Virus record (IMG/VR): IMGVR_UViG_2690315922_000019
Location: 1-8,307 of that record
Length of the DNA: 8,307 nucleotides
Strand: one strand, 5' to 3'
DNA from: a virus
Lineage: Duplodnaviria > Heunggongvirae > Uroviricota > Caudoviricetes
This document shows, in pieces, positions 1 to 5,951 of the stretch. Each line of letters begins with the position of its first letter. Position 1 is the stretch's first letter. A program made the translations under genes and the position numbers. Below the pieces are notes generated by a model, which searched no databases, was not told the DNA's origin, and worked only from the letters and a program-made list of their open reading frames with translations.

Positions 1-59
1 TTAAAATTCCATTTGTATTTGATCAGAACGCTCGGTCTTGCACACCGGGCGTTTTTTAT
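1..59 (+). ncRNA. Candidate 3' end of an OOP-like antisense RNA overlapping the 3' end of cII; its start and promoter lie outside the window
   Basis: Plus-strand hairpin cgctcggt (29-36) / loop cttgcac / accgggcg (44-51) followed by the T-run ttttttat (52-59), antisense to the cII 3' end. In lambda the OOP RNA terminates inside the cII 3' end with a similar GGGCG-T6 terminator. Partial feature. Confidence 0.4.
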
Positions 60-300
60 TGGTGATTCCATCAAGCGCATACTTAAAAGCCCTGCTAATC
101 GGACTGATGTCTGATGCCATTCCGAAAGCACACAAGACCGAAGCAATAAACCTCCAGTCCGTTCTGCTTATCTTCGATTCATGACAGCCAATCATCTTTG
201 CCAGACCGCGCTGTGTAAGCGTTGACAGGTTGATGAGTAAATCTGTTTCTGCGCGATCAACGTCACGCTGTGATAGTTTGCTGTAACTTGTTTGTTCCAT
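1..300 (-). CDS. cII: cII-like transcriptional activator (99 aa)
   Basis: Complete minus-strand ORF (start codon at 298-300, stop at 1-3). The C-terminus ITNKKRPVCKTERSDQIQMEF closely resembles the lambda CII C-terminus (…ILTNKKRP…TERSEQIQMEF) as I recall it. The N-terminal half is diverged. It sits downstream of cro and nutR, as in lambda. Confidence 0.85.
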   Translation of the reverse strand: MEQTSYSKLSQRDVDRAETDLLINLSTLTQRGLAKMIGCHESKISRTDWRFIASVLCAFGMASDISPISRAFKYALDGITNKKRPVCKTERSDQIQMEF

Positions 301-310
301 TTCTTACTAT
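278..310 (+). promoter_or_regulatory. Candidate PRE-like CII-activated promoter (direct repeat TTGC-N6-TTGT flanking a -35 region, -10-like TACTAT)
   Basis: ttgc (278-281), tgtaac (282-287), ttgt (288-291), then a 17-bp spacer and tactat (305-310). This is on the strand opposite to cII, straddles the cII start codon and points toward cro/cI, matching the lambda PRE arrangement (TTGC-N6-TTGC). Confidence 0.4.
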
Positions 311-364
311 TTCCATAGGTAAATAATCACTAATACCCATCTTTCGATGAGTGCTTAATTAGTT

Positions 365-399
365 ACCGCGTTGTCGGCGGTGCAGATTGATAAAGAGCG
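365..399 (-). promoter_or_regulatory. nutR-like N-utilisation site: boxA (CGCTCTTTA) and a boxB-like hairpin
   Basis: Read on the minus strand: CGCTCTTTATCAA (plus 387-399) immediately downstream of the cro stop, a 9-nt spacer, then the hairpin ACCGC-CGACAAC-GCGGT (plus 365-381). The boxA-boxB spacing equals that of nutL. Confidence 0.55.
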
Positions 400-409
400 G
401 ATCCGCTTA

Positions 410-625
410 TTAAGCGGCTTTGTGTTCCGGCGGGAACACGTCATCAAGACTGACTTTTGCGCCTAACTTGTTTAGGCACGCAACAAGAGCACGGCATGTT
501 TTAAGGTCTGGGAAGCGACGACCAGATTCCCAATGTCCGATAGCTCCCTGTGTGCATCCAACTGCCTTAGCAAGTGTTGTTTGAGAGATATTCAGTGACT
601 CTCGATATTTTCGTAGGTTGCTCAT
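410..625 (-). CDS. cro: Cro-like HTH repressor (71 aa, XRE family)
   Basis: Minus-strand ORF MSNLRKYRESLNISQTTLAKAVGCTQGAIGHWESG…KAA with a GGAGGG ribosome-binding site just upstream of the ATG at 623-625. It is divergent from cI. The HTH recognition helix (TQGAIGHW) is nearly identical to that of the adjacent cI (TQGGIGHW). The 128-aa ORF in the track is an upstream in-frame extension lacking a ribosome-binding site. Confidence 0.75.
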   Translation of the reverse strand: MSNLRKYRESLNISQTTLAKAVGCTQGAIGHWESGRRFPDLKTCRALVACLNKLGAKVSLDDVFPPEHKAA

Positions 626-736
626 ATGCCCTCCATAGTAACCATGAAGCAATAATACGATATGTACTTTTGGAATGCAAATAAAAAATACATCTTGTGC
701 ATGGATGGTTTTAGTACAGAGCGTAATAATAAGGAT
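626..736. promoter_or_regulatory. Divergent OR-type operator/promoter region (PR for cro leftward, PRM for cI rightward)
   Basis: 111-bp AT-rich intergenic region between the divergent cro and cI starts. On the minus strand there is a candidate PR with -35 TTGCAT (plus 675-680), a 17-bp spacer and -10 TATTAT (plus 652-657). Dyad motifs TAC-N5-GTA occur at 655-668 and 713-727. Confidence 0.5.
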
Positions 737-1396
737 ATGAAAATGAAATGGTATGAACTGGCTAGATCCAGAATGAAAGAGCTCGGCATAACTCAAGAGA
801 AGTTAGCTGAAGAGCTTGGTATGACGCAGGGTGGAATTGGTCACTGGTTGCGCGGATCTCGTCATCCATCTCTTGACGAGATTGGTGTGGTGTTTAAATA
901 CCTTGGTATTGATAACGTCTCATTCAACCACGACGGTACATTTTCACCTGTTGGCGAATACTCATCTGCCCCCGTTAAAAAACAATATGAGTACCCTGTT
1001 TTTTCTCATGTTCAGGCCGGGATGTTCTCGCCTGAGCTTAGAACCTTTACCAAAGGTGATGCGGAGAGATGGGTAAGCACAACCAAAAAAGCCAGTGATT
1101 GTGCATTCTGGCTTGAAGTTGAAGGTAATTCCATGACCGCACCAACAGGCTACAAGCCAAGCTTCCCTGACGGGATGTTAATTCTGGTTGACCCTGAGCA
1201 GGCTGTCGAGCCAGGTGATTTCTGCATAGCCAGACTTGGGGGTGATGAGTTTACCTTCAAGAAACTGATCAGGGATAGCGGTCAGGTGTTCCTACAACCA
1301 CTAAACCCGCAATATCCAATGATCCCATGCAATGATAGCTGTTCCGTAGTAGGGAAAGTTATCGCCAGCCAGTGGCCTGAAGAGACATTTAGTTAA
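737..1396 (+). CDS. cI: CI-type prophage repressor; LexA/S24-like autocleaving C-terminal domain with a non-lambda N-terminal HTH
   Basis: The C-terminal ~150 aa ([21 protein letters not shown]…GNSM…FKKL…ASQWPEETF) is near-identical to the lambda CI C-terminal domain as I recall it, including the Ala-Gly cleavage site and the Ser/Lys catalytic dyad context. The N-terminus ([37 protein letters not shown]…) is an XRE-type HTH unlike lambda CI. The start is at ATG 737 or 743, after the aagga ribosome-binding site at 731-735; the ORF in the track starting at 662 is an extension. Confidence 0.9.
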   Translation: MKMKWYELARSRMKELGITQEKLAEELGMTQGGIGHWLRGSRHPSLDEIGVVFKYLGIDNVSFNHDGTFSPVGEYSSAPVKKQYEYPVFSHVQAGMFSPELRTFTKGDAERWVSTTKKASDCAFWLEVEGNSMTAPTGYKPSFPDGMLILVDPEQAVEPGDFCIARLGGDEFTFKKLIRDSGQVFLQPLNPQYPMIPCNDSCSVVGKVIASQWPEETFS

Positions 1397-1427
1397 CAGC
1401 CTCACCACTCTAAAACACACAACAATA

Positions 1428-1457
1428 ACCCGACCTTAGCGTCGGGTTTTCTTTTTC
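1428..1457 (+). terminator. Rho-independent terminator downstream of cI
   Basis: Stem cccgac (1429-1434) / loop cttagc / gtcggg (1441-1446) followed by ttttcttttt. Confidence 0.55.
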
Positions 1458-1521
1458 CAAAATATAAATCAATAAAATACAAAGTGTTATAAAAAACCAA
1501 CCACATTTAGAACATTTTGTA

Positions 1522-1550
1522 TTGACTCAATAAAGTACACATCGTACTAT
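1522..1550 (+). promoter_or_regulatory. Candidate PL promoter with an overlapping OL-type operator dyad
   Basis: TTGACT (1522-1527), a 17-bp spacer, then TACTAT (1545-1550). The dyad AGTAC-N5-GTACT (1534-1548) overlaps the spacer and -10. It lies about 45 bp upstream of nutL. Confidence 0.45.
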
Positions 1551-1596
1551 TTAGCCATCAGCAGGAAGCTGGAAGCCAAAAGGAACAGATTGGCAG

Positions 1597-1630
1597 GCTC
1601 TTTAACTTCGATGGGGCGCTGACAAAGCGC
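1597..1630 (+). promoter_or_regulatory. nutL: boxA (GCTCTTTAAC) plus a P22-type boxB (GCGCTGACAAAGCGC)
   Basis: gctctttaac at 1597-1606, a 9-nt spacer, then gcgct-gacaa-agcgc at 1616-1630, which is the P22-type boxB hairpin with a GACAA pentaloop. It sits between the candidate PL and N. Confidence 0.7.
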
Positions 1631-1749
1631 GAACAGATACCAAACGAGATGGGTTTGGCGGTGATGTGAATTGCAGCTGCAACGACAGCAACCAGAAGAT
1701 CAGCATCTGGCGCATCACCACCAAAGCCATTTCACATGAGGAAAACATC

Positions 1750-2085
1750 ATGACGGTAATCGTGTACGGAAAATCAACATTTGCAGGAAATGCCAAAACT
1801 CGCCGTCATGAGCGGCGCAGAAAGCTGGCTATCGAGCGTGATGCCATCTGCAACATCATTGATTCTATCTTCGGCACAGACAGTGAGGAGCCTGTTCAGG
1901 AAGAGCCGAGAAAGCGTTTAAGTCTTTCTGAAAAAGCGATATCACTCGGAAGCCTTCGCTGCAAGAAGGCAGAAGAAGTCGAGAGTAAACAGAATCGTAT
2001 TTACTACAGCAAGCCACGCAGTGAAATGGGTGTGACTTGTGTTGGTCGCCAGAAAATGAAATTAGGCAGCAAACCACTTATTTGA
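1750..2085 (+). CDS. N: N antiterminator (111 aa), with a P22-type arginine-rich motif and a lambda-like C-terminus
   Basis: MTVIVYGKSTFAGNAKTRRHERRRKLAIERD… matches the P22 N (gene 24) arginine-rich boxB-binding motif as I recall it. The C-terminus …YYSKPRSEMGVTCVGRQKMKLGSKPLI resembles the lambda N C-terminus (…WYSKPGERGITCSGRQKIKGKSIPLI). A gagga ribosome-binding site lies at 1738-1742. The ORF in the track starting at 1666 is an upstream extension. Confidence 0.85.
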   Translation: MTVIVYGKSTFAGNAKTRRHERRRKLAIERDAICNIIDSIFGTDSEEPVQEEPRKRLSLSEKAISLGSLRCKKAEEVESKQNRIYYSKPRSEMGVTCVGRQKMKLGSKPLI

Positions 2086-2093
2086 GGTGATAT

Positions 2094-2543
2094 ATGGAAG
2101 AACAAGCAAACAAGATTCTCGTAGAACTACTGCAAAAAGCCAGCAATGGAATAGACGCGGCTGTTTCATTTAGCCAGGCACAGATTCCTGATGTTGTTCA
2201 TCAGTTGCTAATATGGAATATGGTTGACAGTCTGATTAAAACATTAATAGCCATTCTAACAATCCCACTGGTTTTCTGGTTTATGAAGAAGCAGTGCCAA
2301 AGAGTTGAGACAGGTAAAATCGGTGATGAAGGATATTCATGGGAGAAGGGAAAACCCAAATACAGGCCGACAATGGTTTGGGATAGCAAAGGTGATATTA
2401 ATCTTCTTATCATGCCATTGGTTGGAGTTTTGACTCTGTGGGGGATTTATATTATTGGTGCAGTAACCAATATGACTTGGTTAAAAATTTGGCTTGCCCC
2501 AAAGCTTTACCTTATCGAATATGCAGCATCATTGGTTAAGTAA
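2094..2543 (+). CDS. Small two-helix membrane protein (149 aa); possible superinfection-exclusion (SieB-like) function, by position only
   Basis: ORF with a gaggtg ribosome-binding site 4 nt before the ATG, immediately after the N stop with no intervening terminator. Two hydrophobic segments (LIKTLIAILTIPLVFWFM and INLLIMPLVGVLTLWGIYIIGAV). It occupies the slot between N and cIII where lambda and P22 carry sieB and ral. I do not recognise the sequence itself. Confidence 0.6.
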   Translation: MEEQANKILVELLQKASNGIDAAVSFSQAQIPDVVHQLLIWNMVDSLIKTLIAILTIPLVFWFMKKQCQRVETGKIGDEGYSWEKGKPKYRPTMVWDSKGDINLLIMPLVGVLTLWGIYIIGAVTNMTWLKIWLAPKLYLIEYAASLVK

Positions 2544-2547
2544 TTTC

Positions 2548-2575
2548 AGGCCGCATAGTCGGCCTTTATTTTTGG
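2548..2575 (+). terminator. Rho-independent terminator after the membrane-protein gene
   Basis: Stem aggccg (2548-2553) / loop catagt / cggcct (2560-2565) followed by ttatttttgg. Confidence 0.6.
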
Positions 2576-2692
2576 CATAAACAACAGAATAAACACTGCA
2601 CTGTGTATTCATTCCAACGAGTGAATACACGGAGCAATGTCGCTCGTAACTAAACAGGAGCCGACTTGTTCTGATTATTGGAAATCTTCTTT

Positions 2693-2720
2693 GCCCTCTA
2701 ATGTGAGGGCGATTTTTTAT
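2693..2720 (+). terminator. Second rho-independent terminator (tL2-like cluster)
   Basis: Stem gccctc (2693-2698) / loop taatgt / gagggc (2705-2710) followed by gattttttat. Confidence 0.6.
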
Positions 2721-2738
2721 CTGTGAGGGTATGAATAG

Positions 2739-3107
2739 ATGTCAAACATCAAAAAATACATCATTGATTACGACTGGAAAGCATCAATAGAAATTGAAAT
2801 CGACCATGACGTAATGACAGAGGAAAAACTTCACCAGATTAATAATTTCTGGTCAGACTCTGAATACCGACTCAATAAACACGACTCTGTATTAAATGCT
2901 GTATTAATCATGCTGGCGCAACATGCTCTGCTTATAGCAATTTCAAGCGACTTAAATGCATATGGTGTTGTGTGTGAGTTCGACTGGAATGATGGAAATG
3001 GTCAGGAAGGATGGCCTCCAATGGATGGTAGCGAAGGAATAAGAATTACCGATATCGATACATCAGGAATATTTGATTCAGATGATATGGCTATCAAGGC
3101 CGCCTGA
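2739..3107 (+). CDS. Highly acidic 122-aa protein; possibly the counterpart of lambda Ea10 (by position and size), function unknown
   Basis: ORF with a gaggg ribosome-binding site 9 nt upstream. By my count it has 23 Asp+Glu against 8 Lys+Arg, with an acidic C-terminal tail (DIDTSGIFDSDDMAIKAA). It lies immediately upstream of cIII, as ea10 does in lambda. Confidence 0.65.
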   Translation: MSNIKKYIIDYDWKASIEIEIDHDVMTEEKLHQINNFWSDSEYRLNKHDSVLNAVLIMLAQHALLIAISSDLNAYGVVCEFDWNDGNGQEGWPPMDGSEGIRITDIDTSGIFDSDDMAIKAA

Positions 3108-3179
3108 GTGCGGCGTTACCGCATACCAATAACGCTTCACTCGAGGCGTTTTTCGTTATGTATAAATAAGGAGCACACC

Positions 3180-3320
3180 ATGCAATATGCCATTGCAGGG
3201 TGGCCTGTTGCTGGCTGCCCTTCCGAATCTTTACTTGAACGAATCACCCGTAAATTACGTGACGGATGGAAACGCCTTATCGACATACTTAATCAGCCAG
3301 GAGTCCCCAAAAATGGATAA
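3180..3320 (+). CDS. cIII: CIII, inhibitor of FtsH-mediated CII degradation (46 aa here; 54 aa in lambda as I recall)
   Basis: [46 protein letters not shown] matches lambda CIII as I recall it. An aaggag ribosome-binding site lies at 3168-3173. A TAA stop at 3318-3320 ends the protein 8 codons earlier than in lambda. The ORF in the track starting at 3108 is an extension. Confidence 0.85.
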   Translation: MQYAIAGWPVAGCPSESLLERITRKLRDGWKRLIDILNQPGVPKNG

Positions 3321-3456
3321 AAAACTTATGGCTATCCAGACAAAATTCACTATTGCCACTTTTATTGGCGATGAAAAGATGTTTCGTGAGGCCGTCGACG
3401 CTTATAAAAAATGGATATTAATACTGAAACTGAGATCAAGCAAAAGCATTCACTAA
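3313..3456 (+). CDS. kil: Kil (47 aa), host cell-division (FtsZ) inhibitor
   Basis: [47 protein letters not shown]. It overlaps the cIII 3' end and the first 46 nt of gam, reproducing the lambda cIII/kil/gam overlap geometry. The ORF in the track starting at 3187 is an extension. Confidence 0.8.
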   Translation: MDKKLMAIQTKFTIATFIGDEKMFREAVDAYKKWILILKLRSSKSIH

Positions 3457-3827
3457 CCCCCTTTCCTGTTTTCCTAATCAGCCCGGCATTTCGCGGGCGA
3501 TATTTTCACAGCTATTTCAGGAGTTCGGCCATGAACGCTTATTACATTCAGGATCGTCTTGAGGCTCAGAGCTGGGCGCGTCACTACCAGCAGATAGCCC
3601 GTGAAGAGAAAGAGGCAGAACTGGCAGACGACATGGAAAAAGGCCTGCCCCAGCACCTGTTTGAATCGCTATGCATCGATCATTTGCAACGCCACGGGGC
3701 CAGCAAAAAAGCCATTACCCGTGCGTTTGATGACGATGTTGAGTTTCAGGAGCGCATGGCAGAACATATCCGGTACATGGTTGAAACCATTGCTCACCAT
3801 CAGGCTGATATTGATTCAGAGGTATAA
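3411..3827 (+). CDS. gam: Gam (138 aa), RecBCD inhibitor
   Basis: [61 protein letters not shown]… is near-identical to lambda Gam as I recall it. The internal Met at 3531 corresponds to the short GamS form. Confidence 0.95.
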   Translation: MDINTETEIKQKHSLTPFPVFLISPAFRGRYFHSYFRSSAMNAYYIQDRLEAQSWARHYQQIAREEKEAELADDMEKGLPQHLFESLCIDHLQRHGASKKAITRAFDDDVEFQERMAEHIRYMVETIAHHQADIDSEV

Positions 3828-3832
3828 AACGG

Positions 3833-4618
3833 ATGAGTACAGCACTCGCAACGCTGGCAGGGAAGCTGGCTGAACGTGTCGGCATGGATTCTGTCGACCC
3901 ACAGGAACTGATCACCACTCTTCGCCAGACGGCATTTAAAGGTGATGCCAGCGATGCGCAGTTCATCGCATTGCTGATCGTCGCCAACCAGTACGGCCTT
4001 AATCCGTGGACGAAAGAAATTTACGCCTTTCCTGATAAGCAGAACGGCATCGTTCCGGTGGTGGGCGTCGATGGCTGGTCCCGCATCATCAATGAAAACC
4101 AGCAGTTTGATGGCATGGACTTTGAGCAGGACAATGAATCCTGCACATGCCGGATTTACCGCAAGGACCGTAATCATCCGATCTGCGTTACCGAGTGGAT
4201 GGATGAATGCCGCCGCGAACCATTCAAAACCCGCGAAGGCAGAGAAATTACGGGGCCGTGGCAGTCGCATCCCAAACGGATGTTACGGCATAAAGCCATG
4301 ATTCAGTGTGCCCGTCTGGCCTTCGGATTCGCGGGTATCTATGACAAGGATGAAGCCGAGCGCATTGTCGAAAATACCGCATACACTGCAGAACGTCAGC
4401 CGGAACGCGACATCACTCCGGTTAACGATGAAACCATGCAGGAGATTAACACTCTGCTGATTGCCCTGGACAAAACATGGGATGACGACTTATTGCCGCT
4501 CTGTTCCCAGATATTTCGCCGCGACATTCGCGCATCGTCAGAACTGACACAGGCCGAAGCAGTGAAAGCTCTTGGATTCCTGAAACAGAAAGCCTCTGAA
4601 CAGAAGGTGGCTGCATGA
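3833..4618 (+). CDS. bet: Bet (Red-beta, 261 aa), single-strand annealing recombinase
   Basis: [66 protein letters not shown]… matches lambda Bet. It starts 5 nt after the gam stop. Confidence 0.95.
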   Translation: MSTALATLAGKLAERVGMDSVDPQELITTLRQTAFKGDASDAQFIALLIVANQYGLNPWTKEIYAFPDKQNGIVPVVGVDGWSRIINENQQFDGMDFEQDNESCTCRIYRKDRNHPICVTEWMDECRREPFKTREGREITGPWQSHPKRMLRHKAMIQCARLAFGFAGIYDKDEAERIVENTAYTAERQPERDITPVNDETMQEINTLLIALDKTWDDDLLPLCSQIFRRDIRASSELTQAEAVKALGFLKQKASEQKVAA

Positions 4619-5295
4619 CACCGGACATTATCCTGCAGCGTACCGGGATCGACGTGAGAGCTGTCGAACAGGGGGATGATGCGTGGCACAAATTACGGCT
4701 CGGCGTCATCACCGCTTCAGAAGTTCACAATGTGATAGCAAAACCCCGCTCCGGAAAGAAATGGCCTGACATGAAAATGTCCTACTTCCACACCCTGCTT
4801 GCTGAGGTTTGCACCGGTGTGGCTCCGGAAGTTAACGCTAAGGCGCTGGCCTGGGGAAAACAGTACGAGAACGACGCCAGAGCCCTCTTTGAGTTCACTT
4901 CCGGCGTTAATGTTACTGAATCCCCGATCATCTATCGCGACGAAAGTATGCGCACCGCCTGCTCTCCCGATGGTTTATGCAGTGACGGCAACGGCCTTGA
5001 GCTGAAATGCCCGTTTACCTCCCGGGATTTCATGAAGTTCCGGCTCGGTGGTTTCGAGGCCATAAAATCGGCTTACATGGCCCAGGTGCAGTACAGCATG
5101 TGGGTGACGCGAAAAGATGCCTGGTACTTTGCCAACTATGACCCGCGAATGAAGCGTGAAGGCCTGCATTATGTCGTGGTTGCGCGGGATGAAAAGTACA
5201 TGGCGAGTTTTGACGAGATGGTGCCGGAGTTCATCGAAAAAATGGACGAGGCACTGGCTGAAATTGGTTTTGTATTTGGGGAGCAATGGCAATGA
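4615..5295 (+). CDS. exo: Exo (Red-alpha, 226 aa), 5'-3' dsDNA exonuclease
   Basis: [65 protein letters not shown]… matches lambda Exo. Its ATG overlaps the bet stop (ATGA). Confidence 0.95.
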   Translation: MTPDIILQRTGIDVRAVEQGDDAWHKLRLGVITASEVHNVIAKPRSGKKWPDMKMSYFHTLLAEVCTGVAPEVNAKALAWGKQYENDARALFEFTSGVNVTESPIIYRDESMRTACSPDGLCSDGNGLELKCPFTSRDFMKFRLGGFEAIKSAYMAQVQYSMWVTRKDAWYFANYDPRMKREGLHYVVVARDEKYMASFDEMVPEFIEKMDEALAEIGFVFGEQWQ

Positions 5296-5474
5296 AGCAT
5301 CCTCACGATAATATCCGGGTAGGCACGATCACTTTCGTCTACTCCGTTACAAAGCGAGGCTGGGTATTTCCCGGCCTTTCTGTTATCAGAAATCCACTGA
5401 AAGCACAGCGGCTGGCTGAGGAGATAAATAATAAACGGGGGGCTGTATGCACAAAGCATCTCCTGTTGAGTTAA
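5286..5474 (+). CDS. Small protein in the lambda orf60a position (62 aa), function unknown
   Basis: ORF overlapping the exo stop by 10 nt, in the slot immediately after exo where lambda has orf60a. Assignment is by position and size; I cannot confirm sequence identity from memory. Confidence 0.65.
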   Translation: MAMKHPHDNIRVGTITFVYSVTKRGWVFPGLSVIRNPLKAQRLAEEINNKRGAVCTKHLLLS

Positions 5475-5638
5475 GAACGAGTATCGAGATGGCACATAGC
5501 CTCGCTCAAATTGGAGTCAGGTTTGTGCCAATACCAGTAGAAACAGACGAAGAATTTCATACGTTAGCCACATCCCTTTCACAAAAGCTGGAAATGATGG
5601 TGGCGAAAGCAGAAGCAGATGAGAGAGACCAGGTATGA
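5447..5638 (+). CDS. Small protein in the lambda orf63 position (63 aa), function unknown
   Basis: ORF overlapping the preceding gene by 28 nt. Its size and position correspond to lambda orf63. Confidence 0.65.
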   Translation: MHKASPVELRTSIEMAHSLAQIGVRFVPIPVETDEEFHTLATSLSQKLEMMVAKAEADERDQV

Positions 5639-5714
5639 CAACCACTGAATGCACTCTTCTGGCAGCGGGCTTCATATTCTGTGTGCTTATGCTTGCCGAT
5701 ATGGGACTTGTTCA

Positions 5715-5930
5715 ATGACACCTCAGCAGGAAAACGCCCTTCGCAGCATTGCCCGTCAGGCTAATTCTGAAATCAAAAAAGCCAGACAGCAGTTTCCGGA
5801 TAAAAACGTCGATGACATTTGCCGTAGCGTACTGAAGAAGCACCGCGAAACGGTAACGCTGATGGGATTCACACCGACTCATTTAAGTCTGGCGATCGGC
5901 ATGTTAAACGGCGTCTTTAAGGAGCGATGA
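5715..5930 (+). CDS. Small protein in the lambda orf61 position (71 aa from MTPQQ…), function unknown
   Basis: MTPQQENALRSIARQANSEIKKARQQFPDKN…. The ORF in the track starting at 5649 is an N-terminal extension. An ATG at 5715 is preceded by an ATGA-coupled micro-ORF (see findings). Confidence 0.6.
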   Translation: MTPQQENALRSIARQANSEIKKARQQFPDKNVDDICRSVLKKHRETVTLMGFTPTHLSLAIGMLNGVFKER

Positions 5931-5951
5931 ACATGAAAAGCAAAATCATCA

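Noticed and set aside
662-796. Long N-terminal extensions of cI (from 662) and cro (to 796) in the ORF track
   Set aside because: The extensions would make the two divergent genes overlap and would remove the operator region. Ribosome-binding sites and homology support the internal starts at 737/743 and 625.
831-1076. 81-aa plus-strand ORF in an alternative frame
   Set aside because: It is embedded within cI in a different frame, and the cI frame carries the conserved repressor sequence.
1602-1796. 64-aa minus-strand ORF and the upstream extension of N from 1666
   Set aside because: Both overlap nutL and the N ribosome-binding site. The recalled P22 N sequence begins at MTVI…, supporting the start at 1750.
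3800-4270. 156-aa minus-strand ORF
   Set aside because: It lies entirely antisense to bet, whose product matches lambda Bet along its full length. It has no ribosome-binding site context and is most likely a chance ORF in the opposite frame.
3601-4301. Alternative-frame plus- and minus-strand ORFs within gam/bet (3601-3873, 3715-3987, 4071-4301)
   Set aside because: They overlap strongly supported gam and bet coding sequence in other frames.
4396-4712. Two overlapping minus-strand ORFs (97 and 88 aa)
   Set aside because: Antisense to the bet/exo junction, with low-complexity Ser/Arg-rich translations typical of reverse frames of real genes.
4799-5005. 68-aa plus-strand ORF inside exo
   Set aside because: Alternative frame of exo; Pro/Ser/Leu-rich low-complexity translation.
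4975-5495. Minus-strand ORFs of 105 and 108 aa
   Set aside because: Antisense to exo and the orf60a/orf63-like genes, with no start-site support.
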